A stretch of DNA of 63,855 bases, counting the filler, from Sanchytrium tribonematis (lineage: Eukaryota), in assembly GCA_018985235.1 (NCBI GenBank). It is 16 parts of 16 records of this genome, joined end to end, with 100 filler letters (N's around TTAATTAATTAA, not from the genome) between each part and the next. Parts side by side here need not be neighbours in the genome. Positions count along the whole stretch, not along the records: positions 20,753 to 23,551 come from JADGIG010000979.1; positions 23,652 to 26,445 come from JADGIG010000980.1; positions 26,546 to 29,338 come from JADGIG010000981.1; positions 29,439 to 32,229 come from JADGIG010000982.1; positions 32,330 to 35,117 come from JADGIG010000983.1; 11 more parts are not named here. One strand, 5' to 3'. Shown here piece by piece: positions 22,955-33,617 of this stretch (positions are counted from its first letter, which is position 1; every line of letters begins with the position of its first letter). The translations under genes and the position numbers were made by a program. The notes below the pieces were generated by a model. The model ran no database searches and was not told where the DNA came from. It was given only the letters and a program-made list of their open reading frames with translations.

Positions 22955-23019
22955 TTGAAATGGGTAATTTTTAAAATTTAGATTAAGTATTTTTGAAAAT
23001 CATAGATTGACACAATTTA

Positions 23020-23418
23020 CTACTTAACAAGTGATGTCATACAATCGAAAGTAGCATCCACGAAGCAATCGAGCCCAGCTGGTTGTTTAGTTGTTTTAGA
23101 TGGCTTTTTCACCTTACCATGATCTAACTTAAAACATTGTTGAAGACGCGGATTCACACAATCCCCGAATTTTTTCTTTTCTGCCGGTGTTTGCTTCCCA
23201 TAATAACTATTTGCAGGAAGAGCGTGGTTGCATTTATCCATAGTGACTGCTTCACAGTAAATTCCATTTGTTGGACAACCATATTGAATACTTAAATTCA
23301 AAATACATTGGGCGAGATCATTCATATTTTCCTTTTTGACTACTGCTTTTTTTGCGGATAATGACATTGTTTTCACAGCTGGTGCAGCAAAGACAGTTAA
23401 AGCTATCAAGTACATCAT
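23020..23418 (-). CDS. small secreted cysteine-rich protein
   Basis: Signal peptide MMYLIALTVFAAP, 8 Cys, 132 aa. Confidence 0.7.
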   Translation of the reverse strand: MMYLIALTVFAAPAVKTMSLSAKKAVVKKENMNDLAQCILNLSIQYGCPTNGIYCEAVTMDKCNHALPANSYYGKQTPAEKKKFGDCVNPRLQQCFKLDHGKVKKPSKTTKQPAGLDCFVDATFDCMTSLVK

Positions 23419-23652
23419 GTTATTTAATGGGTCTTTGTCCCCTTTATGTGTTTATTTACCAATTGCAAGCATTCAAATTAATATTTACCCATTTTTGATT
23501 GGTTAATTTTACTTGCATTTTAATTTATTTTACGCTTAAATGAAATCCCAANNNNNNNNNNNNNNNNNNNNNNNNNNNNNNNNNNNNNNNNNNNNTTAAT
23601 TAATTAANNNNNNNNNNNNNNNNNNNNNNNNNNNNNNNNNNNNNNNNNNNNA

Positions 23653-23678
23653 TATGACGTCATAGAGGGGTATAAAAG
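23653..23678 (+). promoter_or_regulatory. CRE-like palindrome TATGACGTCATA plus TATA box
   Basis: Perfect 12-bp palindrome at 23653-23664 and TATAAAAG at 23671-23678, about 25 nt before ATG 23703. Confidence 0.5.
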
Positions 23679-23702
23679 AACGTGATGGAATGACTCCTTG
23701 AA

Positions 23703-24290
23703 ATGCTTTTCACTACTCTTTTACTTGCAATGGTAGCACCTGCAGAAGACTCGGATGGTTTTCATATAGTTGGAGAAGCATCTGCTGTGGAAGACTCGGA
23801 TGGTTTTCATATAGTTGAAGAAGCATCTGCTGTGGAAGACTCGGATGGTTTTCATTTAGTTAGAAACTATCAAGAGGGTGTATCCGACGAAAAAGAGTCT
23901 GTGAAAGAAGAATCAACCTTGAAAATTCATCCATACATGCAGGTGGATTTTTACAATCAAAAAGGAGATAGTTTGAAGGTTTGGTCTGTAATGGTAGATC
24001 CAGCGAATTCTAATCAATTAATTTATGTATTTGGGCAAGAAAACATAATTTATCCAAAAAAGAATGGCGCTAGGACGATTACTACACGATTATTACATGA
24101 TTTTAAAGAGGTTCAAGCTAAAAATAACGGACAGTATCAAATTCGAACTAGAATTATTTGTCCTTTGCCCAATCCCGAAGTTAAAAGATTTAATCATGTC
24201 AAATATGATAGAGATGAAAATGTCTATACTTTTTATGAGACATTGAAAGAAGAGATTGTAAAACTGCTAGAGACAGATTGTTTGAAGTAG
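23703..24290 (+). CDS. predicted secreted protein with N-terminal tandem EDSDGFH(I/L)V repeats
   Basis: Short hydrophobic signal MLFTTLLLAMVAPA; three repeat copies; globular C-terminal part of unknown family. Confidence 0.7.
   Translation: MLFTTLLLAMVAPAEDSDGFHIVGEASAVEDSDGFHIVEEASAVEDSDGFHLVRNYQEGVSDEKESVKEESTLKIHPYMQVDFYNQKGDSLKVWSVMVDPANSNQLIYVFGQENIIYPKKNGARTITTRLLHDFKEVQAKNNGQYQIRTRIICPLPNPEVKRFNHVKYDRDENVYTFYETLKEEIVKLLETDCLK
23745..23861 (+). repeat. 45-bp coding tandem repeat, about 2.6 copies
   Basis: gaagactcggatggttttcat.tagtt starts at 23745, 23790 and 23835. Confidence 0.95.
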
Positions 24291-24492
24291 TACAATAAAT
24301 GTTTTCTTTATTTGTCTTTTAACAAACCAAAGTTTGGCGTCAATTGATTTGAATTAGAAAAATAAACTTTTTCTCAAATATCCCTTTCAAATGTTTTTGA
24401 TGACTTTACTCATTGCTACTATATTGTCATCCAGACAAGTGAAATACATCAAATTAAAATAAATATCATGAATTTGTGATCCTTGAAACAAA

Positions 24493-25353
24493 ATGAATTT
24501 CAATCGTCCTACCTTTGTAAATTATCCGTATGCATCACAAGCGCATCATCAATCCACTCAATTAATTCAATTATATCCAAATCATTTAAAATTAAACTCA
24601 ATTCATCAAAATCAAGATGATTTAATGGTCATTTATGGAACATTGCCAGTACCCTATAAAAATAGCACTTATAATATCCCAATTGAGTTTATATTACCCA
24701 AATTATTTCCATCAATTGCACCATATTGTCGTGTAGTCCCTACAGAACACATGAAAATCAATATTTCAAGTCAAGTGCATTCAGATGGTAAAATATCACA
24801 TCCATATATCCAAAATTGGGATCATAATAGCCAATTAACGCATTTATCACAAGAATTGATTCATTTATTTAAACAGAAACCACCTGTTTACGCAGCACCC
24901 AAAAATCAACCCATTTCTGTGACACCCTATGATCCTGATTTAAAGCTTAAAAATGAGATACAATCTAAATTATCTGTATTATATGATCAATTAGACCATG
25001 AAATGACTGTAGAACTCAATTCTAAAAAGAAACAATTACAGCAATTAACAAATAATCAATCTCAATTACAGTTTAAAATCAATCAAGTAAATCAACTTGT
25101 AGAACAACAGAAACAGTATCACATGTACTTGAATAGTGAAATTGATAAATTAAAAGAGATTAATGGTCGGAAATATGAGTTAAGTATTAATAATTTTGAG
25201 ATTTCTGAAGAAATTAAAATGAGGTCTAAATTACATGCTATTCAAGATACGCTAGATGTATTACAACAGAAATTTGAAAAGAAAGATTTGGCATTAGATG
25301 TTTGGATGAAAATGGTGAATCAATTGGGTAGAGAATATTTCATGTTGCTGTAA
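24493..25353 (+). CDS. VPS23: ESCRT-I subunit Vps23/TSG101
   Basis: UEV domain (GTLPVPYKNSTYNIPI...PYI..W), coiled coil, SB box (IQDTL...LGREYF). Confidence 0.92.
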   Translation: MNFNRPTFVNYPYASQAHHQSTQLIQLYPNHLKLNSIHQNQDDLMVIYGTLPVPYKNSTYNIPIEFILPKLFPSIAPYCRVVPTEHMKINISSQVHSDGKISHPYIQNWDHNSQLTHLSQELIHLFKQKPPVYAAPKNQPISVTPYDPDLKLKNEIQSKLSVLYDQLDHEMTVELNSKKKQLQQLTNNQSQLQFKINQVNQLVEQQKQYHMYLNSEIDKLKEINGRKYELSINNFEISEEIKMRSKLHAIQDTLDVLQQKFEKKDLALDVWMKMVNQLGREYFMLL

Positions 25354-25395
25354 AAAATAAAAATGGTTTTTGGAATTAATTTTTGAAACATTGTC

Positions 25396-26007
25396 ATGGC
25401 CAAAAAAGGTTTGTCATTAGAAGAGAAACGCACAAAAGCATTAGAATATTTCCATGATACTAAAGGTGTTTATTTGATGAAAGAATTAGAGAAATTATTA
25501 CCCAAATCTAAAGGAATTACATCCATGACTGTAAAAGAAGTGGTACAATCATTGGTAGATGATAATTTGGTGGTTATGGAAAAGATTGGGACATCTAACT
25601 ACTTTTGGTCATTTCCATCACACGCAAAATTAATGAGGCAGAAGGAATTGGCAAATTTGAAAAATGAACATGATTTAATATTGAATATTATCAATGCACA
25701 AGAACAGGATTATGATGAACTCATGTCTAAAAGACAGAGTGAGCATCGGGTTGACAAAATAAAAGAATTTGATGCATTAAAATCAAAAATTGAAGAAATG
25801 GAGCAACAAATTGAAATGTACATGGATTTTGATCCAGAAGTCTTGAAATATAAAAAGAATGCAATTATAGTGGCTAAAGAAGCTGCTAATAGACACACAG
25901 ATAATGTATTTGTGGCTCAAAGATATTTAAAGAACGAACATGGCATTCAGAGCACAGATTTCAATCAAATGTTTGAAATTGATGCTAAATTTGATAACAT
26001 CGAATAA
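25396..26007 (+). CDS. MND1: meiotic nuclear division protein 1
   Basis: KKGLSLEEKR, KELEK..PK.KGI..MTVKEVVQSLVDD, EKIGTSNYFWSFPS, AANRHTDNVF. Confidence 0.96.
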   Translation: MAKKGLSLEEKRTKALEYFHDTKGVYLMKELEKLLPKSKGITSMTVKEVVQSLVDDNLVVMEKIGTSNYFWSFPSHAKLMRQKELANLKNEHDLILNIINAQEQDYDELMSKRQSEHRVDKIKEFDALKSKIEEMEQQIEMYMDFDPEVLKYKKNAIIVAKEAANRHTDNVFVAQRYLKNEHGIQSTDFNQMFEIDAKFDNIE

Positions 26008-26161
26008 ATAATACTCGCAATTTACAAAGGCTTTTGCAAAATTAATGCCTTGGGCACGATGTTTTTGATCCAATCGAGGATATTTGCAAGTTTATGAACC
26101 CACAAGTGAAAATATTCAATTTCTTGCACACACGATTTATAAGGGCGCGCATCCTCCATGA

Positions 26162-26445
26162 ATGATGCAAATTGAAATGCTTTTGAATGCAACTAAAACT
26201 GGGAAATGCCCAATTTGTAAGAAATTGTTTGCAGATCCATCAACTGCATTGAGGCATTACAAATATGCTCATTCGAAGCCATTTACATGTGGATATTGCA
26301 ACAAAAGGATGAGAATACTGGGCAGACCATCTGTATTACGAGTACACTACAATTTATGCTGTAAAATGAAAAATTTACTACCAAATGAAATTGAGCAAAA
26401 AGCAGCTTCGGACTACTTTCAATTTCAATTGAACTTTAAAAAGAG
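26162..26445 (+). CDS. small C2H2 zinc-finger protein (3' partial), paralog of 15154-15849
   Basis: CPIC...RHYKYAH, CGYC...GRP...VHYNLC. Confidence 0.7.
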
Positions 26446-26545
26446 NNNNNNNNNNNNNNNNNNNNNNNNNNNNNNNNNNNNNNNNNNNNTTAATTAATTA
26501 ANNNNNNNNNNNNNNNNNNNNNNNNNNNNNNNNNNNNNNNNNNNN

Positions 26546-27924
26546 CGCTTTGAATAATGATATATTAAGTAAGCGAGATTTTGGACTCAATTCTTCCTTT
26601 TTATTTGAGCCAATAACAAATGATACAAAAGTGATAGAAGAGATAAAAAAGCTACTTCCTCTTCAAAGGCTCATAATATTAGGCGTTTTGTATTTTGGAA
26701 AAGTTAATTTAAACTACGTAATAGATTTAGAAATAAAAGTGAGTGAAGAAAAGTTTACGATGAAAAATGAAAAGCGAAATTATGAGTCTAAAAATCTAAA
26801 CTCTGCAGTAGCTTTCGAAAACCTAAATTTAATACAAAACCTGTATATGATTCAAAATGATAAAATTGGACCTGGTAATGGTAGTCAATTTTGCGAACTA
26901 CTACTTAAAGTTTTTAACAATCAATTCATTAATATTGCTCAACAAAATGAAGATGAAGTAACCATATCTTTGTTGCAAAATTACTTACGTCATATTGGAA
27001 ATATCCTTGATACTAAATATGATACGGAATATGAGACCAAAAAATCGGACCCAAAAGATTTAAACCGAATCTTTAAAGATAGCTTGGCTAGATGGAAGGT
27101 CGCCTTATTGAGCTTTATGGATTTACTTGGCATGATATTTGGACTCAATTTATCAAAAGAACTTTTAACAAAACTTTGGAAAACCTGCTTACATTCTTTT
27201 CACAAATATCTTCAGGCTGAAGTAAAACTCCCAGATAAGTACAAAGATCAACTGGAATTACAAGTGGCAGATGAGTATATTGATTGCGTCTATATTGAAA
27301 AATTCTCCGGGTACATTCAGCAACTTATAAAAGCAGACAAAATCGACAGCGCGTTGGTAGGAGATTTAGTGAAAGGACTTGATAAGATACTTGAACTGAG
27401 AGATGCGTCGAAAGACATTGGCAACGATAAAGAAAGGTTTTACAAATCCTTTGGGCTAAAATACAACAACGGTCAACTTCAATTAATGAATGACATGGTT
27501 GACCTACAGACTTTGGAAGCAATATTTAAATTTCAGGTCAGTTCGCTTTCAGATAATGAAAATGAAGACTTGCATTTTCTGCTTTTGGAGAGAGTTCTTG
27601 CAGCCACAAGAAGTTTTTATTTAGAATTGAATGAAAATAGAACAATGCCAACTAAAGAGTATTTTTTATTTATAAAGAACCTCAATTCAGTCATTAATAT
27701 TGTGCCTGCAATACCTCGGTAATCTCAAGACTTATTGGGTCAAAAAAGATAGCGATAGGAAAGATCAAATAATTTTACAACTGATGTCCAGCCTGACTGA
27801 CATTTTGCAATATCAAGAAATCACGTGTTTATCAACTAGCTATTTGAACAATGATTTAAGGGAGCTATTGTATGAATCTCTAAAAATTGGAATATTTATC
27901 ATAAAAGGAAGGAATAAAACCTAA
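26546..27924 (+). CDS. C-terminal part of a MON2-like HEAT/ARM protein (5' partial, one intron)
   Basis: Helical ORF. Spliced end (LLLERV...MPTKETSIQSLILCLQYL...DLRELLYESL) resembles the Mon2 C-terminus; family call is tentative. Confidence 0.5.
27659..27677 (+). other. 19-nt spliceosomal intron
   Basis: gtattttttatttataaag; phase-2 removal joins ORF 26550-27722 to the frame of ORF 27700-27924. Confidence 0.75.
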
Positions 27925-27959
27925 TTTTATTAAACAGTAAAAATTAAATATTAATAAAT

Positions 27960-29338
27960 TTAGTCTAAATCCATATCGTCTTTGTCCTTTTTCCTTTCTT
28001 TTTCTTTGGTTGCTGGGACGGCCTGGCTGAGATTTTCACTTGTTAGAAAATCAAAATGCTGCTTATCTTTGATTGCAATAGCTATCTGACTAGGTAAAAG
28101 TATTCCGTTCTTATGGTATTTTAAAGATACGTCTATGAGTCCACTTAAGAAAAGTTTAACAGCCTAAATAAATATGTAAATACTTGAGTGAGGACGTATA
28201 ATGAACTTTCATCTAAAAGTTTATCAGTCCAACGAGTTACCGTCTGGGAAAATTCCTTAACAGCCTCAATTTGATTCGGTGACGGGGTATCTAGGGCAAC
28301 GAGGTGATTAAAATTCGGCCTGTTTACAAGAGAAAAATCCGATAGTAAATTCTTTTCCAAATCTTCCACGTTGTTGTTTTCAGAAACAAACAAATTCCTA
28401 GGAACTTCATGTGGAGACTCACTTCCACAAAATTTGCAATTTGATATACTTGGAATTTTTTCTATTCGTGGTTGCGATTGAGATTTGGTTGCTGGAGATC
28501 TAGCCTCTTCCACCAAAGAACTGTCTATTGGCGATTCTAAAAAATTAGGAACAAATTTCTCATGGCCTGGAAAATTTCTAGGAGGCTCAAACCTGGTGTC
28601 TTTATGCAAATTTAATTCGTAAAATTTTTCGTCTCCCAAAACCTCTTTACCAGTACATTGCTGATCTAGTTTTAAATGGTATGGGATATCTATAGGAGAA
28701 TTTCTACTGTCGTGGAAGAAAATCTGAATTCTGGAAATAAATTCGCCCCATCCTAGTCTTGTCACATAAAAGGGTGGACTAGTGACATCTACCACCTCAT
28801 GCGGTTTATACGAATTATGAAAGTAAAAGCGTACTTTCGCGACAAAAGTGGTAATATCGATAGCAAACTTTGTTCTCACAAAAAGCATCCATCTATAGGC
28901 GCATTTTTCGTAATTTGTTATTCTATTTTCAGGAGCTATAAATTGATTAATATTACCTATTATAACTGATCTTTTGATATAGAATGTTGGATCAGGTGGA
29001 TTAATTGTATTTAGTTTGACTTTAGGTAATTCAATCGCACCACGTTTCATTCTGCCATCTTCCGCTTGAGGAGGGGATTGCACTCGGGACTCCGGGATCG
29101 ATTGATTTGGAGAAGTGCTAACAGCATAATTAAGATTTTTTAAATCTGTATCCTCAGGAATTTCATGGTAATCTAAAATACTTCCGCATTCCATAATAGC
29201 GTCCTTTGGGGTTCCCAAACTAATATTATGAGAAGTTTGAGAATGGGTGATAAGAGCCTGTGGACTATTAAAATTGCTGCGAGAACAAACTTTGCAAGTC
29301 AATTTAATGTACTGTCCCATAGTGTCTTGAAATATTAC
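27960..29338 (-). CDS. YEATS2: YEATS-domain protein, YEATS2-like (5' partial, one intron)
   Basis: Zn-finger-like N-terminus; YEATS domain (RWMLFV, KVRFYFHNSYKP, TRLGWGEF); spliced exon 2 encodes LLPSQIAIAI...FDFLT histone-fold-like end. Confidence 0.8.
28164..28183 (-). other. 20-nt spliceosomal intron (YEATS2)
   Basis: gtatttacatatttatttag; removal restores the FDFLT C-terminal motif. Confidence 0.85.
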
Positions 29339-29776
29339 NNNNNNNNNNNNNNNNNNNNNNNNNNNNNNNNNNNNNNNNNNNNTTAATTAATTAANNNNNN
29401 NNNNNNNNNNNNNNNNNNNNNNNNNNNNNNNNNNNNNNAGATAGGATTTGGAATTTGGCAAATACAAATGGAATCAACATGAGATGGATGGGTTGAATGG
29501 CATTTTATTTGCCATATGGTGTGATTTCTCACGTCATTTGGATGTGTTATGGTGTCATTTGATGTGATTTCAAATCATTTAAAAACTCAAATGTCGAGAC
29601 GAATGACTTGATCCATCGTTTTGCAGAAAGGCCTGTGTCATTTAATGTGCAAGTCTGTTTAATTAATTAACATTCTAACAGTCAATCACAGGATCTGTAA
29701 TTTAATGACAAATATCTGTGTCATTTCAAAATTTACCCCAAATAAGCATAAATAGAGCCAATTTCCACTATAATCA

Positions 29777-30010
29777 ATGATTTACACGATCGCATTATCC
29801 GTTTTCGCAGCACCAACTACTGCAATGGTAGCACCCCCGGAGATATTGCAAAATACATGCATTTTAGCAGGCCATGAATTGTGCGGAGTCCAGTTTGGTA
29901 AAAACAATGCAAAACTGAGTAAATGCAAGTTGAATGTGAAGAAACAGTGTGAAATGGATCCAAAACATGTATGGTACAAATCGCCACCCAAAAAACCAAC
30001 AACTGCTTGA
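29777..30010 (+). CDS. small secreted cysteine-containing protein
   Basis: Signal MIYTIALSVFAAP, 4 Cys, 77 aa; signal peptide resembles that of 23020-23418. Confidence 0.65.
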   Translation: MIYTIALSVFAAPTTAMVAPPEILQNTCILAGHELCGVQFGKNNAKLSKCKLNVKKQCEMDPKHVWYKSPPKKPTTA

Positions 30011-30204
30011 ATAAATTCAAATTTATTCATTCTTCAATAGTTTCACTCTTAAAGTCATGAAAATCAAAGTAATGAAATAGAGTGGTCCTCAGAGTCAATC
30101 GTGCATGATTTCAATTCATTTATCCACAAGTGACGCCATGATCCCTCTTTAGATCACTCCAATCACATGAAATGGGGCATCCACTGAAACAATCCATTTT
30201 TAGA

Positions 30205-31215
30205 ATGAAAATTAACCAACTTCCATCTGATCTCGTCCAAATTATACTCAATTATCTCACAATATTTGAATATGATGGATTGTTAAATGCAGATATTGGT
30301 AAATTAAGTGAAGGATGTAAACAAAGATGGCAAAATGTATTAAAATTCTTTGATCCATACACTGATAAAGTTGATAAATTTGGTGAATTTGTGACGGAAC
30401 AATTAAATGGCATTCCCACCAAAGATGAATATGATGATGATTTATTGCAACATCCCGAAATACTCCCTAAAAGTGGCTCATTCTGCTTCATGGTGTTCCC
30501 TAGTGAGTATTCCATGGAATTGGCAGTCTATATTTTATGGAAAAGGATGTTTTTTGACATTCCACGCACTAAAATTGAATTAATTAAAAATGATAAAATC
30601 CCATTAGCTATCCATATGACACGCGTATTGGGAACCCGACTGCATTATGAACAACACAAATATAATATGATACCCATTACATGTCCAGAATGGGCAGAAA
30701 CCATGGTATTCACATTTGCAGAAGATTTACGATTAATTTATGTAAATGACTATGTTTTACATTATTCTGTGATTGATAAACTGTTATTTGGTAAAGCAGA
30801 GACTCATTTATGTGTAGAAAGAAAGAAATTACAGGTAAATATGGCATATTTTGCAAGTTGTAAACCATTAGATTATCCGCATAAATCATGGCATCCCATC
30901 ATTCTACCACGCATTAATTCATTAAATCAACTATTAAAAGCATTGGGATTACTCAGTAGTGAAGAAACCAAGGGATTTCACTTGTTTGAGCCATTTAAAC
31001 CAGATTTGCACATGAAACATTTTACACGTGATTTGCCACATTCACCAAATAAGATTGTTGAATTTGCAACTAGTTTATTAAAATGTTGGTTTGCGGGTGT
31101 TTCTGATGTACCAATGAATATGGGAGGAAATCGATATTATTTCATAATTGGGCATTCTTTAATTTCATCTATTTTCACAATTGGGTATGTGTCTAGTACA
31201 TTTGAAGATGAATAA
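30205..31215 (+). CDS. F-box-like protein
   Basis: N-terminal INQLPSDLVQIILNYL; remainder unrecognised. Confidence 0.55.
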   Translation: MKINQLPSDLVQIILNYLTIFEYDGLLNADIGKLSEGCKQRWQNVLKFFDPYTDKVDKFGEFVTEQLNGIPTKDEYDDDLLQHPEILPKSGSFCFMVFPSEYSMELAVYILWKRMFFDIPRTKIELIKNDKIPLAIHMTRVLGTRLHYEQHKYNMIPITCPEWAETMVFTFAEDLRLIYVNDYVLHYSVIDKLLFGKAETHLCVERKKLQVNMAYFASCKPLDYPHKSWHPIILPRINSLNQLLKALGLLSSEETKGFHLFEPFKPDLHMKHFTRDLPHSPNKIVEFATSLLKCWFAGVSDVPMNMGGNRYYFIIGHSLISSIFTIGYVSSTFEDE

Positions 31216-31220
31216 ATGAA

Positions 31221-32229
31221 TTACACCATTTTATATAGCTTGTAATGACTATGTTGTCTTGAATATCTGTATAAAATGGGAATAAATTGAATTAATAAAA
31301 CACACAATAAAATAATTGGAATATCTACGAGCCAATTAATAGAATGTACCTTAAAATCATTATAAAATGCCCTACTGGTACTTTGCAAATATTTAGTCTC
31401 CATATTCAAACATTTTGAGGTATTTAATTGCAATAATTGAACAAGTGGGATTTCTAATTTAAATTGATATTTATCATTAATGCCACCACTTAATATGATA
31501 ATGTCATGCTGTAATGCAGTCAAATCATGTCTATTTAATACAGATAGTCCACTATAAAATGCATTATATGGATTCTTGAATTGCTTTGTCATGTTGAAAT
31601 TTAATGGCATTTCTGTGATTCTGAGTAAATCATAGGGTGCTTCACTTTGTAAAAATGCTAAATATGGTTTATAAACTTTATATTTCTTGCCAATTTTCAT
31701 TTCGTTGAATATAAACATGAATTCCATTTTGTTGTTATTTTGAATTAAAATGGAATTGGATGATAAATGGATATTTTTAGTGAATTTGGTGATGCAATTG
31801 TAATTACGGATAATTTGAGCTTGTAATAGTGTCATATGAACCAATTCACCGAGTATAAATGGCCTTAAACTGTGTAAAACGAGTAAATTAGTTTGATTGT
31901 AAATAAAGACCCAATTCTTTTCTCTTTTTTGTACTTTCTCATTAAAAATGGATGTTTTAATGAAATGGTGTTTTGTAGATCCACCTAATGCGTCTTGAAT
32001 GGACATTAATTCGACACCACGATAAGGGAATTCTCCTTTTGGATTTGTCATGATGTAATAAATGTACATGGTGTGATTAAAGTAAAGTAATTTGGGATCT
32101 TCTGCACCCAAATACTTTTGATAATTCTCTCCAGATTTCCAATGAATGTATTTTTGAGTATCTTTGATTTTCAAGGGGATGGTTTTTGTAACTCAATTAA
32201 TCACTTGTATAAAGACTTTATTTATAAAT
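31221..32229 (-). CDS. beta-propeller glycosyltransferase/glycosidase-like protein (Bmt/GH130-like), 5' partial
   Basis: GAEDPKL, EKNWVF and LSGGIND motifs; C-terminal TM. Confidence 0.5.
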
Positions 32230-32329
32230 NNNNNNNNNNNNNNNNNNNNNNNNNNNNNNNNNNNNNNNNNNNNTTAATTAATTAANNNNNNNNNNNNNNN
32301 NNNNNNNNNNNNNNNNNNNNNNNNNNNNN

Positions 32330-32678
32330 TGGAAAAGATGAATTAAGTGCGTCAATTATGACAGCAGTGCGTCAAATGAGACATCATGGGTTGCGTGTCG
32401 TGATTTCTACTCAAAATCCAAAGTCAATTCCACCAGAAATGATTGATTTAGTGAGTGTTGCATTTTTACATCGATTTCATTCTCCGGATTGGTTTCATTA
32501 TTTAAAGAGTAAATTGCCATTGGAAGATGAGCATTTTGATGATATTATGGCATTAGAAACTGGTAATGCATTGGTATTTTACGATTGGGATGAATTATTT
32601 GGAGGAGAGAAGTTTTGTGAATTGGCAATTCGAAATAGGTTGACTGCAGATGCGGGATATTCTAAAGTGAGTCATTGA
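32330..32678 (+). CDS. C-terminus of a HerA/FtsK-like P-loop ATPase (5' partial)
   Basis: VRQMRHHGLRVVISTQNP...LHRFHSPDWF...IRNRLTADAG. Confidence 0.7.
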
Positions 32679-32714
32679 ATAAATTCAATTTAGTAGTGAA
32701 ATAAAGAAAGGATT

Positions 32715-33479
32715 TTATTGAAAGTATTGCCTTGTCTTTGGTTTCTCTACTCCAAATACTTTATACTTTTCATCATCAATTTTAATCAAATAAAATTGAT
32801 CTAATAAATATTCCTGATTTTCTTGTTCTAAATGTAAATCCATCCACGCACCATCATATGCGTCCCATTTAACCAATTTACCATCCTTTTGTAATCCAAA
32901 TATACCTTCATCAATCACTTGAATTTGAATGATAAATTCTTTTGTTGATTGAATCACTGGGATTGTTAATAATACACCCTTGTAAAAACATCGAGTGATA
33001 CATTTAATATCCTGATAAATCAATACACAAAATGTATTCTTGTTATAAATGGAGAATCGACTAATTTTATCATAAATCTTGTAGTTTTGTGATAAATTGT
33101 CCCATTGTTTTGTCTTTAAATTGTATAATAATAAATGACCATTTGTATCAATACCACCCGTGTAGCCATTTGCAATTTCTAATTGAGTGAAATGGATATT
33201 GTTTGTGCTTCTTTTAATCCAATGAGGATTTGGATTGGATAAATGGCAATCAGATTGACACCACATTTCTTGACTGGGACTGATGAAGCAGATTTTAGTA
33301 CCATCTACTGAAAATGATTGCACTTTAGTGGATGTAGGAATAGTTTGCCAATTTTTGACTGTATCATCTGATGCCGCACAATTCAAATCTAATGTGATAT
33401 TGGATGCACAAATAAGTGAGTTAGATGCTGAATAACTGATTGCATTTGGTAAGATGGCATTGGCAATTTCATATCTCAT
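32715..33479 (-). CDS. tectonin-like beta-propeller repeat protein
   Basis: Repeats such as FTQLEIANGYTGGID and IQIQVIDEGIFGLQKDGKLVKW; start uncertain. Confidence 0.55.
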   Translation of the reverse strand: MRYEIANAILPNAISYSASNSLICASNITLDLNCAASDDTVKNWQTIPTSTKVQSFSVDGTKICFISPSQEMWCQSDCHLSNPNPHWIKRSTNNIHFTQLEIANGYTGGIDTNGHLLLYNLKTKQWDNLSQNYKIYDKISRFSIYNKNTFCVLIYQDIKCITRCFYKGVLLTIPVIQSTKEFIIQIQVIDEGIFGLQKDGKLVKWDAYDGAWMDLHLEQENQEYLLDQFYLIKIDDEKYKVFGVEKPKTRQYFQ

Positions 33480-33617
33480 TTTAATGTGATTTGGAGTAGT
33501 GGGTATTTGTAGATGTTTGAAATTGACAATTATCTGTGATTGGTTGCTGGATATGAGATGATTGCTGTAATTGGATTAATCATTTTGAGATGAAAAATAT
33601 TTGATAACTTTTTTATT

